The notes beneath the pieces are model-generated. The model worked only from the letters and a program-made list of their open reading frames with translations, had not been told where the DNA came from and made no database searches. 64,000 nucleotides of DNA from Gammaproteobacteria bacterium (lineage in GTDB: Bacteria > Pseudomonadota > Gammaproteobacteria > Eutrophobiales > Eutrophobiaceae): contig CBDCTH010000012.1 of NCBI GenBank assembly GCA_965222155.1, forward strand, positions 2,432,001-2,496,000. Reading direction: 5' to 3'. Shown in pieces: positions 28,214 through 38,568 of the stretch (position 1 is its first letter; every line of letters starts with the position of its first letter). A program made the position numbers and the translations under genes.

Positions 28214-29275
28214 TTAACTGAACGCGAGCGTGAAGCGTTCTATGAACCAGAAGGCTGAAACGATACCAAGCGCATAACTGAATGCCAGGCCCGCTGGTCG
28301 TGTATCAAAAACAGAGAGTAACGAATGGTTCAGGCGGGAAACTGCCCCGATGCCGATAAAAACCAAGGCGATGATGACCAATTGACCGGTTTCCACACCA
28401 AGGTTAAAGAATAACAATGCGCTGATCTTTTCCGTCTGCGGCAACCCTGTTTCCGTCAGGGCAGCGGCAAAACCGGCCCCGTGTACCAGTCCGAAGCCAC
28501 AGGCGACCAGAAGCGGGCGGCGCCAAGTGAGCGTACTGCGGTCATTGCGGGCTATCTCGGTAGCAAGCATCACAATCGACAAGGCTATCACTGTCTCGAC
28601 GGCCGGCACCGATACCCGGACCACATCCAGCGCCACCAGAAACAGGGTGATGGAGTGGGCCAGGGTGAAGCCGGTGACTGTGATCAGAATCCGGCGCAGC
28701 GTACGGGCAATATACAGCAACCCGGCAAGGAACAGCAGGTGGTCTATCCCGCCGAATATATGTGTGACACCCAGCGCAAAATAATCCCTGACCACACTGA
28801 CAAAAGTCGCCGGCGCCGGAATGCGCCACTCCGTTTCACTGGGGTTGAGTATAACGCTGTGTGTTTCCCCGTTCCGGAACTCGATGCGTACCAGAGATGC
28901 TATGGACGGATTATAGAACGGGTAATCAATCACCAGGGAGTTTCCTGACACACCGTCAGCGCATGAATAAACTGCCGTGCCTGCCATGGGTTGCCGTACA
29001 GGTTTCTGTCGGGAGACATTGCAGGACGTGAGGGCAATCCGTGGCGCATTGTTCAGGTTCACGGAAGGGGGTGTTTTCCAGTTCACTATCACGGTGTCAC
29101 TGCCGGTTTCCAGAATACTGATGAAAAGCGGCCGGCTATCATGGGCAGTTACGGTGGGGCCACTCAAAAAAAACAGCGTGGTAAGGACAACCAGTAATGC
29201 CGTGCGAACCATCACTGCGGCACCGATTGTCTCTGCCCGGGTTTGGGCACATCTATGAGTTTTATTCAGGGACAA
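28214..29275 (-). CDS. HupE/UreJ family membrane protein
   Basis: GVTHIFGGIDHLLF, FTLAHSITL, VE..IALSI, FGLVHGAGFA, FNLGVE.GQ. Confidence 0.85.
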   Translation of the reverse strand: MSLNKTHRCAQTRAETIGAAVMVRTALLVVLTTLFFLSGPTVTAHDSRPLFISILETGSDTVIVNWKTPPSVNLNNAPRIALTSCNVSRQKPVRQPMAGTAVYSCADGVSGNSLVIDYPFYNPSIASLVRIEFRNGETHSVILNPSETEWRIPAPATFVSVVRDYFALGVTHIFGGIDHLLFLAGLLYIARTLRRILITVTGFTLAHSITLFLVALDVVRVSVPAVETVIALSIVMLATEIARNDRSTLTWRRPLLVACGFGLVHGAGFAAALTETGLPQTEKISALLFFNLGVETGQLVIIALVFIGIGAVSRLNHSLLSVFDTRPAGLAFSYALGIVSAFWFIERFTLAFS

Positions 29276-29306
29276 GGGTTATTATGGCTCTGCACAAGCC
29301 AGCATA

Positions 29307-29612
29307 TCAGTCGCCATTGTCAAAATAATCAAGAATATCCATTTCCTTATGAGGAATACCGATTATATCTATCTCATTGTCACGGATTAGATAAAACACA
29401 AGATGGGAACCTTGCGGGAAACAAAAATATCCCTTGCAGATATCAGGGCGTTGTTTGCCCATACGAGGAAACTCAGCCAACCATGAAAAACGCTCATAGA
29501 GTCCAGCAATATAGCTGTCTGCCTGGGTTTCGCTCCATACTTCAGTGGTATAATTCCAAATACCGCGTAAATCTTCCCAGGCCCGGAAAGTGAGGTTAAA
29601 TGAATTTGCCAT
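29307..29612 (-). CDS. parE: ParE toxin
   Basis: A.EDL..IW.YT...W...QAD.Y, P.MG..RPDI, HLVFY. Confidence 0.88.
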   Translation of the reverse strand: MANSFNLTFRAWEDLRGIWNYTTEVWSETQADSYIAGLYERFSWLAEFPRMGKQRPDICKGYFCFPQGSHLVFYLIRDNEIDIIGIPHKEMDILDYFDNGD

Positions 29613-29877
29613 CCTGTTCTTCCCTGAACTCTCTCAGCATTTCATCAAGCGGTTCCGACACAAATTCACCGCGCTCGGCCTGAGCCGCGCCCTCGCCTAA
29701 ATGGGCGCGCAGGGCAGCCAACCTGGTCTTGCGTTCTTCCAGCGCTCTCAGAGCATCTCGAACCACTTCACTGGCGCTGCCATAGCGACCACTGGCAATT
29801 TCATTTTTTATGAACACTTCCCAATGTTCACCTAGACTGAGGCTCGTCGTTGCCATCTCGATACCTGATTTATTCAC
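29596..29877 (-). CDS. parD: ParD antitoxin
   Basis: TSLSLGEHWE.FI...IASGRYGSASEVVRDALR. Confidence 0.9.
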   Translation of the reverse strand: MNKSGIEMATTSLSLGEHWEVFIKNEIASGRYGSASEVVRDALRALEERKTRLAALRAHLGEGAAQAERGEFVSEPLDEMLREFREEQDGKFI

Positions 29878-29948
29878 TTTGAATAATTATGAATATACCA
29901 CAGAATTTGATTACCCGCTCAAAATACCCTGAATTTGAGGCTATCTGA

Positions 29949-30210
29949 CAGGGCAAACGCATACGCTTATCCGGCGCGCTGAGGTGTCAGTTGCTTTTTG
30001 TGCCGCCAGCGGGCACGTGAGTGCATAAGGGGACGCACAAGGGGACGGATTTGAAATCCGTCCCCGGAGAGTCCGTCCCCGGAGAGATGTAAGGCGCACA
30101 TCACAAATCTGCCGGGAGCTGTTGAACAGTCGCGCCGCGCGAGCCTGGCCCCGACGGGGCAGGCAAAGTACAGGATATACTTTGTAAATCGGCTGTCCTG
30201 ACGATTTGTC
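29949..30210. repeat. Composite of nested repeats (ISAs1-type end, degenerate MITE segment, GGGGACGGATTTGAAATCCGTCCCC palindrome)
   Basis: cagggcaaacgcatac at 29949; gcgggcacgtg and tcctgacgatttgtc shared with 51300-51685; palindrome at 30041-30065. Confidence 0.6.
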
Positions 30211-30237
30211 AGCGCATCAATTGGTGAGATATACGGG

Positions 30238-33200
30238 TTAGCGGGCACTGCTGTCCTGTTCCCAACCGGGGCCGCGTCCCAGGGTATGCGGCCCGTGTAA
30301 CCCACGCGCCGGGGTCGCCAACCCCGCACCCCCCAGCCCGTAGCGCAGCCACAGCATGAGGCCATGGTCCGGGGACTCGAACATACCCTCCCGGCGCGCA
30401 CTCTCCAGACTCAGCGTCAGCGCGCGGCCCAGCTCGAACACCCCGCCCAACCGGTAACGTCGCCCGCCCCCGTCCACTACCAGGCCCCCATAAGGCGTGA
30501 GCAGACCGCCCCCGGCCGCCAGCCCATACCCCAACTCGGTCTCCCACCGCACCCCGCGGGACGGTGAGCCAGGCCCACTGCCCCCAACGTCCGAGCCCCG
30601 CGCCCAGAGCCGCTCAACAGCGCCGGCCCCGGCCTGGCCGCCAGCCAGGCCGTCCACCACGCCCCAACCCGGGCGCAGACTGAGCGACAGCCCGCGCCCG
30701 TCCGTCCCCGGCGTCAGCACCACCAGTCCCCCGACGCCCCATTCCTCGATGTCCCCTGCATGCGCCAGCAGCGCCCGGCCATAGCCTTCTACCCGCAGCC
30801 CCCGGGCCGGATCAAACCAGACCAGCCCGCCGCCCCACTCCAGCCCGCCGCCGGTCACGCCATCGCCGCCGTCATGGCGCAGCCCCAGCGCCACCGAAGG
30901 CGTCACGGTCCCGCCCCCGGCCAGGGGGTGGGCATGCGAGCCCTCCAGCGCCAGGCGCAGCCGCCACACGTCCGTCGCCAGCCCCTCAATCAACCCCGCC
31001 GCCTCCACCTCATAGCGCGAGCCCCACCACGCACCCTTGAGATTCAACACCGTCGCCCCGCCGGCAACCAGACTGTTGCCTGCAAACAGCCGCACCCGAC
31101 CACCCAGCGCCGCCGTGGCCTGCTCGCTGTCCGCGGCCTGCCGGCCCGCCTCAGCGTCCCGGAGCCGCACCTCGCCCACCCCATAACCCAGGGCGCCCCA
31201 CAGACCTAACTCGGCCCGGGGGTGCCAGCCCACGTAGGGGTAGACACTCAGCAGCCGGCTTTCATGGGCGCCCTCTATGGGCAGGTAGCCGGCCGCACCC
31301 CGGTCGGTGTAGTCAAACTCGCCCTTGGCCCAGGACAGCGCCAGACCCGCCAGCAGGTCGTCCCGGAGCCGGGCGTCCAGCCCCAGGCGGGCGCTCAACA
31401 CGGCGCCGTCCCAGTGCACCGGGTCAGCGGCCCCTGCCCGGTCGTCATCCCCCCCGGACAGGCGCCGGTAATCGCCCCCGCCCCACAGGGTGATAGTGTT
31501 CAGCCCCCCGGCGGGGGGGCCCTCGTCCAGGCGCAGGGCAAAGGACGAACGCCCCAGTACCTCTGCCCAGCGCCCCGCACGCAGGGCCTCAGCCTGCCCC
31601 CACAGCAGCCCCGCCAGAGTCTCGGCCGGCGGGGCTGTCGCTGCCCCGGCACTGTCAATGCGCCGCTCTACGGCGTCCAGGGTACCGGCCACCAGGGCCC
31701 GGGACAATGCCGGCAGAATGGCCCGGTTGACCCGCTTAAGCCGCGCCCGGGCCCGCGTATCGGTCTCCGCGGATACTTCGAGGACGACTGCCGTACTGAC
31801 GCGCAGCCCCGCCGTGTCACGGGCCACGACCGTGACGGGGTAGGCCGGGTGGGTCTCACGGTCCAGCACAACACCCTGCCTGAGAGACAGGGCGTGGCCG
31901 GCCACCTCGAACACTGCCGCCTGCTCACCCTCCAGGGTGAAGCGGTGTTGGTCCCCGGCGTCCGGGTCAGTGGCGGACAGCGTTGCCACCTGCACCGGGC
32001 CGGCGCGGGTGTCGAGGTTCTCGGCAATGGCGCCGTCCGTGACCGGGGCTACCCAGGTGACAATCACTTCGGTCGGCGCCTCGTTGGCATTGGTGACGGC
32101 AAGGGTCTGCTCAGTACCGGTGACACTGAGACCGCCGCTGTCGGTCGCAGTGAGCGTGAAACCATAGCTTGACTGTGTCTCGTAATCCAGCCCCACACCC
32201 TGCTTCAGGTAGAGCGCGGCGCCGGTAATCTCGAAGATGTCCGCGCCACTGAGGCTGAAGACGTGACTGTCGTCGGCATCGGGGTCGACCGCGGACAGCT
32301 CGGCCAGCTGCACCGGCCCGGCGCTCGTGTCCACGTCCTCAGCGATGGCGCCGTCCGTGGCCGGGGGCACCCAGGTAATCATCACTTCGGTCGGCGCCTC
32401 GTTGGCATCGGTCACGGCAAGGGTCTGCTCAGTACCGGTGACGCTGAGGCCGCCGCCATCCGTTGCAGTGAGTGTGACGCCATGGCGTGGCTGTGTCTCG
32501 TAATCCAGTATCACACCCTGCTTCAGGTAGAGCGCCGTGCCGGTAATCTCGAAGACAGTCGTATCACTGAGGCTGAAGACGTGGCTGTCGTCGGCATCCG
32601 GGTCGACCGCGGACAGCTCGGCAATCTTCACCGGCCCGGCGCTCGTGTCCACGTCCTCGGCGATGGCGCCGTCCGTGGCCGGGGGCACCCAGGTGACAAT
32701 CACTTCGGTCGGCGCCTCGTTGGCATCGGTCACGGCAAGGGTCTGCTCAGTGCCGGTGACACTGAGACCGCCGCCATCCGTTGCAGTGAGTGTGAAGCCA
32801 TGGCGGGGCTGCGTCTCGTAATCCAGCACTACCCCCTGCTTCAGGTAGAGGGCCGCGCCGGCAATCTCGAAGACAGCCGCACCGCTGAGGCTGAAGGTAT
32901 GGTGACTGTCGTCCGGATCGGTGGCGGACAGGTTCGCCAGCTTCACCCGGCCGGCGCTTGTGTCCACGTCCTCGGCCATCATGCCGTCCGTGGCCGGGGG
33001 GACCCAACTGACAATCACCCCGGTGGGCGCAGCATTGACGGGCGCAGGCGGGGGCCTGACGGTGGGCCTGACCGGCGCCGGTGCCCTGACCGTGACGGTA
33101 CGGGGCTTGCTGCTGTGGCCACTGTTGCTGTTGACGGCAATCAGGGTATAGACGGTGCCCACACGGGTCTCGACCGCCAGCTGGTTGCCGGCGGGCAGCC

Positions 33201-33259
33201 CATCGCCCGGGTCTATCAGGATGGTGCCCTGGTCATCGACCAGGCTCAGCACGTCCGTG
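30238..33259 (-). pseudogene. 3' half of IS-disrupted giant adhesin: four cadherin-like repeats plus autotransporter beta-domain
   Basis: NEAPT...LSAVDPD...LDYETQ...TATD repeats; LWGGGD, PYVGW, TPYGGL barrel motifs. Confidence 0.85.
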
Positions 33260-34642
33260 TGTTGTCAACAAATAGATTTGTCCGCTTCTGTAACAAATGA
33301 ATTGTCCGCTTTTGTCTTCACACTGACATCCTCCAGAAAGACAGAGTCCGACAAGGATCGTCCAGTGCCGACTGTGCGGCGGACATTACGCAGCAGTCGG
33401 TAGTTCATCCTGTAATACCTGGCCCTGAGAGTCGTATCTTGCCAAGCGCCGCGGACCATGAAATACACTCACTGTCTCATCCATATGACGAGCGACCTTC
33501 ACCTTGGCCTTGATGTAGTGATACCGATGCCGGTCGGCCGGAAGCTGTAATACCAGGCCGTCTACACGCACGCAGTTGTCCTTGCTCACAGTTCGCGCAA
33601 CGTGCTCACACAGGATGTCATCCAGTACTACTGACTGTGGGCAGGGCACGAAGGCTGAGCCGTCCTCCCGCGCCGGGTGGGCAAACTCGGCATTAAACGC
33701 CGGCAGGTAGACGTCCCGCAGATACGCATTGGCGGCGTCCATCGTGGTAATACCGGCCGCGGCCAATTCCTGCGGCAAACGTCCCTGGTGCGTGCCAAAC
33801 GCCCGTTCCGAACGCCCCCGGGCCGCCGGGGAATACGCCGGTATCATCTCAATACCCAACTGCGTCATGGCGCGCCCGAACTGTGTCAGATTGCCCTTGT
33901 CTACCTTGCCCCCGGCCTCCGGCGTCGTCCAGTAATGACTGCCCCGGTCGGTGTATAACGAGCAAAACAAGCCCTTCACCTCAATCACGTCTTTCACGCC
34001 TGTAAAACTGCTCTGCGTGCCTTCCTCTTCACAAAAGAACATCGAGTAATGCTCATTCGTGGCATCATCCATGGTCACAATCAAATCCCAGTGCCGACCC
34101 GGCACCCACTCGTGCGTGCTGCCATCCTGGTGCAGCAGCATCCCCGGCCAGGCCGCCGGCTCGCGCCGTTTCCGATGCGCCCCGCGTTTGGCCGCTTTCT
34201 TCACCACCCCGCCAGCCTGCAACGTATTCTTCACCCAACTGTAACTGCGCTCACCCCCGTCCCGGCGATACCACGAATAGTAATGCGTCACGTTCCAACC
34301 GTCATGACGCCGTCGATACCGGTCTACCAAGCGCAACACCTCGTCCACCGGCGCCCGCCGGTGCGAGACCTGCGAGAGACGCTTGTCCAGCAAGCCGTCC
34401 AACCCGGCGTCTTCATACCGGTCAATGTAACGTCGGAAGGTCCGGGCACACACGCCCAGTAACTGTGCCGCGTCCTCCTGGGTTAATCGCCGCGCTGTCC
34501 AACCACTATAGGCTTCTTCAAATCTCATCAGTTTTGTCTCCTGTAACCAGTTTGTCCGCGTCATCATGCCTCCCAAAAGCTGACATGATAAAACCGGACA
34601 GATTATGTGTTACAGATGCGGACAGTTTATGTGTTCTCAACA
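33260..34642 (-). mobile_element. IS1202-family (ISNCY) element, 1383 bp
   Basis: TGT...ACA ends with reiterated subterminal motifs. 16-bp direct repeat GCTCAGCACGTCCGTG at 33244-33259 and 34643-34658. Confidence 0.88.
33386..34567 (-). CDS. ISNCY/IS1202-type DDE transposase
   Basis: HQDGS.HEW, MDDAT, LYTDR, SPAARGRSERAFGT.Q.RL. The ORF is intact. Confidence 0.9.
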   Translation of the reverse strand: MMTRTNWLQETKLMRFEEAYSGWTARRLTQEDAAQLLGVCARTFRRYIDRYEDAGLDGLLDKRLSQVSHRRAPVDEVLRLVDRYRRRHDGWNVTHYYSWYRRDGGERSYSWVKNTLQAGGVVKKAAKRGAHRKRREPAAWPGMLLHQDGSTHEWVPGRHWDLIVTMDDATNEHYSMFFCEEEGTQSSFTGVKDVIEVKGLFCSLYTDRGSHYWTTPEAGGKVDKGNLTQFGRAMTQLGIEMIPAYSPAARGRSERAFGTHQGRLPQELAAAGITTMDAANAYLRDVYLPAFNAEFAHPAREDGSAFVPCPQSVVLDDILCEHVARTVSKDNCVRVDGLVLQLPADRHRYHYIKAKVKVARHMDETVSVFHGPRRLARYDSQGQVLQDELPTAA

Positions 34643-37600
34643 GCTCAGCACGTCCGTGTTGGCGCTCACCGCCCAACTCAGGGTTGACTTGCCGTCCCTG
34701 AGTGGCGTGGCCTCGAAGCGGGTGATTTCGGGGGTGCTGGTGCTGGTGCCGGGCCCAAGGGGGGTGACAGGCTCAGGGGGCGTCGTTGCGGACGCAGGCG
34801 TGGCCGTGGCGCTGGCTACCCAGGGGCCCGCGCCCTGCGCGTTCACTGCCCGCACCTGCACCTGGTAGTCCTGGCCGTTGGTCAGGCCGGAAATGGTTGT
34901 GGTGGTGCTGCCAGCATCAGTGGCGCCGTGGCGGGTCCAGGCGCCGCTCGCGCCGGCGCGGTACTGGATATTGTAGCCCGTGATGGTCGAGCCGCCGTCG
35001 CTGCCGGGCGCGTGCCATGACACCTCGAGCTGCCGGTCGCCGGGCCTCAGGGTCGGGATCGCGGGGGCGGCGGGCGCCGCCGGCGCAGCCGAGGGGGTGA
35101 CCGGCGATGACGAATCCGACCAGGCCCCGTCCCCCGCCGCATTGGTGGCCAGTACCCGGAACACATGGGCGGTCCCCGGTGTCAGGCCCGTCACGTCGTG
35201 ACTCGTCCCGCTTACGCCCGACACCGGACTCCAGTCTGTCCCGTTGTTCGCGCGCTGTTGCAGCGTGTAGCCGGTGAGGGCGCTGCCCGTGTTGGCCGGC
35301 GCCGTCCAGTTCACCCGCAGCGAGGTGGCGCCCAGCACGGTGACCGTCGGGGCCGCCGGTTTGCCCGGCTTCGCATCCGGCGTCGCCGCGGCGGCGGTCG
35401 ACCAGTCACTCCAGCCCACGGCGTTTTTGGCCCGCACCTGCACGTCGTAGCGCTGGCCGTTGGTCAGGCTGGAGAGGGTTGTGCTGGTGCCGGTGCCGTT
35501 GTAGTGGGCATCCGTCCAGCCGGTGACGCTGCCCAGCTTGTACTGCACGTCGTAGTCCGAGATGGCCGCGCCGCCGTTGCTCGTCGGTACGGCCCACGAC
35601 ACCACTATCCTGCCGTTGCCGGGGGCGAGCGTCGGGGGCGCCGGCGCGGCGGGCACCGTAGCAGTGGTGGCCGGCGTGGCGCTGGCACTGGGTGACCAGC
35701 CGCCCCAGCCCACGCTGTTCTTCGCCCGCACCTGCACGTCGTAGGGCTGGCCGTTGGTCAGGCTGGAGAGGGTCGTGCTGGTGCCGGTGCCGTCGTAGTT
35801 GGCATCCGTCCAGCCGGTGACGCTGCCCAGCTTGTACTGCACGTCGTAGTCCGAGATGGCCGCGCCGTTGGCGGCCGGCGTGCTCCACGACACCGTCAGC
35901 TGCCCGTCGCCGGGCGCGAGGTTGGGGATGGCGGGCGCCGCCGGTGCCGCCGCGGGGGTGGCCGGCGATGACGCATCCGACCAGTCTCCGGCCCCCGCAC
36001 CGTTGGTTGCCCGTACCCGGAACACATACGACGTCCCCGGCGTCAGGCTCGTCACCGTCCTGCTTTTCCCGGTCCCCGCAGCATCCGGCAACGCCATCCA
36101 GATTAACCCGTTGTCCGCACTGCGCCGCAGCGTATAGCCGGTGATGACAGTGCCTGGGTTAGCCGGCGCCGTCCAGCGCACCTGCAGCGAGGTGGCGCTC
36201 TGCACGGTGACCGTCGGGGCCGCCGGTTTGCCCGGCACTGCATCCGGCGTCGCCGCGGCGGCGGTCGACCAGTCACTCGAGTCCACAGAGTTGGTGGCGC
36301 GCACCTGCACGTCGTAGCGCTGGCCGTTGGTCAGGCTGGAGAGGGTCGTGCTGGTGCCGGTGCCGTTGTAGTGGGCATCCGTCCAGCCGGTGACGCTGCC
36401 CAGCTTGTACTGCACGTCGTAGTCCGAGATGGCCGCGCCGCCGTTGCTCGTCGGCACGGCCCACGACACCACTATCCTGCCGTTGCCGGGGGCGAGCGTC
36501 GGGGGCGCCGGCGCGGCGGGCACCGTAGCAGTGGTGGCCGGCGTGGCGCTGGCACTGGGTGACCAGCCGCCCCAGCCCACGCTGTTCTTCGCCCGCACCT
36601 GCACGTCGTAGGGCTGGCCGTTGGTCAGGCTGGAGAGGGTCGTGCTGGTGCCGGTGCCGTCGTAGTTGGCATCCGTCCAGCCGGTGACGCTGCCCAGCTT
36701 GTACTGCACGTCGTAGTCCGAGATGGCGGCGCCGTTGGCGGCCGGCGTGCTCCACGACACCGTCAGCTGCCCGTCGCCGGGCGCGAGGTTGGGGATGGCG
36801 GGCGCCGCCGGTGCCGCCGCGGGGGTGGCTGGCGATGACGCATCCGACCAGGCCCCGGCCCCCGCCGCATTGGTGGCCAGTACCCGGAACACATAGGCGC
36901 TCCCCGGTGTCAGACCCGTCACGTCGTGGCTCGTGCCCGTCCCGCTCACGCCCGATACCGTACTCCAGTTGGTGCCGCCGTCTGTGCTCTGTTGCAGCGT
37001 GTAGCCGGTGATGACACTGCCCGTGTTGGTCGGTGTCGCCCAGTTCACCCGCAGCGCGGTGGCGCCCAGCACGGTGACCGTCGGGGCCGCCGGTTTGCCG
37101 GGCGCCACGTCCGTCGGCGTGTCCGTGGTGGAGGTCGACCAGTCACTCGATCCCACGGAGTTGGTGGCGCGCACCTGCACGTCGTAGCGCTGGCCGTTGG
37201 CCAGGCTGGAGAGGGTTGTGCTGGTGCCGGCGCCGTCGTAGTTGGCATCCGTCCAGCCGGTGACGCTGCTCAGCTTGTACTGCACGTCGTAGTCCGAGAT
37301 GGCGGCGCCGTTGTCGGACGGGGCGGTCCACGACACCGTCAGCTGCGCGTTGCCGGGCGTGAGGGACGGGGCCGAAGGTGTTGATGGCTTGGCCGCGGGC
37401 GTGGCGCTGACTGTGAGTGAAACGACATTCCTAGGGTCGGCCCCGAATCCCACCACCGCCGCCACCTGCACTTGGTAGCTCTGGCCGTTGGTCAGACCCG
37501 TGATGGTGCGGCTGAAGATGTTGCTGGCGATGGGGTATATACTTTCCCAACCGGCGGCTGGGCCAGTGCGCCACTGGAGGGCGTAGCTAAAGCTCAGGCC

Positions 37601-37735
37601 GCTGCTGACCGGGGCCGCGGTCCATGACACCACGATCTGCCTATCGCCGGGGGTGAGGGTCGGGGTCCACGCCGACTGCGCCCAGGCCGGCACGGTCAGC
37701 CCGCACATCAGCGTCATGAACGCCAGGGCGCACAA
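34643..37735 (-). pseudogene. 5' half of IS-disrupted giant adhesin: signal peptide plus ten fibronectin type III repeats
   Basis: VSW...Y.VQY...L.NG..Y.VQVRA.N..G repeats; near-identical 867-bp internal duplication; AWA signal-peptidase site. Confidence 0.88.
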
Positions 37736-38090
37736 GACCCCGCGCCGGAATCGGTTGGATAGCCCCGTCCTGGCCGACGCCCTCCCGGCGCCCGCTACCC
37801 GCGCGCGCGGAGAAGCGGCAGCGCCGCGCTGGCGACCTGTTATCTCATGTGGGGGGGGGTAAAGGAGGCTGGGCGCGGGACCCCGCGCAGCGGCCGCCTC
37901 AGCGAGTCAGCACTGCAACCGGCAGCGTTGGCCGTGCCGAACTCTGCCCCGTCAGGCAGGTCGCGGCGCATCACGCGACCGTTCAGGTCTATTGCCATGT
38001 GGCTGTCCATCCCCTAATCATAGTCGGCATACTCTACCCCGCTGCTTCATGCAATGTCAACCCCCTCTTGTCCGGGTTCAGTACCTATGA

Positions 38091-38260
38091 CAGGGCGAAC
38101 GCATACTTTAGAATCCGGGCTATCGTCATTCCGGCGCAGGCCGGAATCCAGTTAACAAACCAACCTTTTACCATAAGGAACTGTCTTTTTCGACTGGATT
38201 CCGGCCTGCGCCGGAATGACGAACTCGGAATGACGGGGTCAGGGCAACCGCATACTTTTT
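38091..38260. repeat. Two ISAs1-type ends enclosing a dRS3-like palindrome doublet
   Basis: cagggc.a.cgcatacttt at 38091 and 38240; gtcattccggcgcaggccggaatccag / ctggattccggcctgcgccggaatgac. Confidence 0.7.
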
Positions 38261-38284
38261 TATATCTATTATGAGGACTGCCCA

Positions 38285-38376
38285 AATAGAATCTCCACCC
38301 AGCCTGCTTGAGTTTCACCCGCATACTGTCCTTCTGCGGATACAGCCGCGCCAGGTTCAGACAGAAGCGCCGGCTA
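38285..38376 (-). pseudogene. ISAs1 transposase C-terminal remnant
   Basis: RRFCLNLARLYPQKDSMRVKLKQAGW, pointing toward the CAGGG end at 38240. Confidence 0.6.
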
Positions 38377-38549
38377 AACTGCATTTCTCTACCAGTTCGG
38401 TTGTCGTCATCGGCTAGTTGTTTGCTGTCAATACGGTATGATAATCTGCCCACCATATCAACATAACAGGCTGTGCTTGATGCGTCCTCGCTTGTAAGGG
38501 GACGGATTTGAAATCCGTCCCCGGAGAGTCAGATTTGAAATCTGTCCCC
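38377..38549. mobile_element. Truncated copy of the 51300/55086 MITE followed by a duplicated GGGGAC.GATTTGAAATC.GTCCCC palindrome
   Basis: gcatttctc, gctgtcaat..tatgataat, gcttgatgcgtcctcgcttgt shared with the other copies. Confidence 0.6.
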
Positions 38550-38568
38550 TTTTCCTCCCGGTTCCCGT

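Noticed and set aside
30364-37400. Many long alternative-frame and antisense ORFs
   Set aside because: Shadow ORFs of a GC-rich repetitive gene, with no domain motifs.
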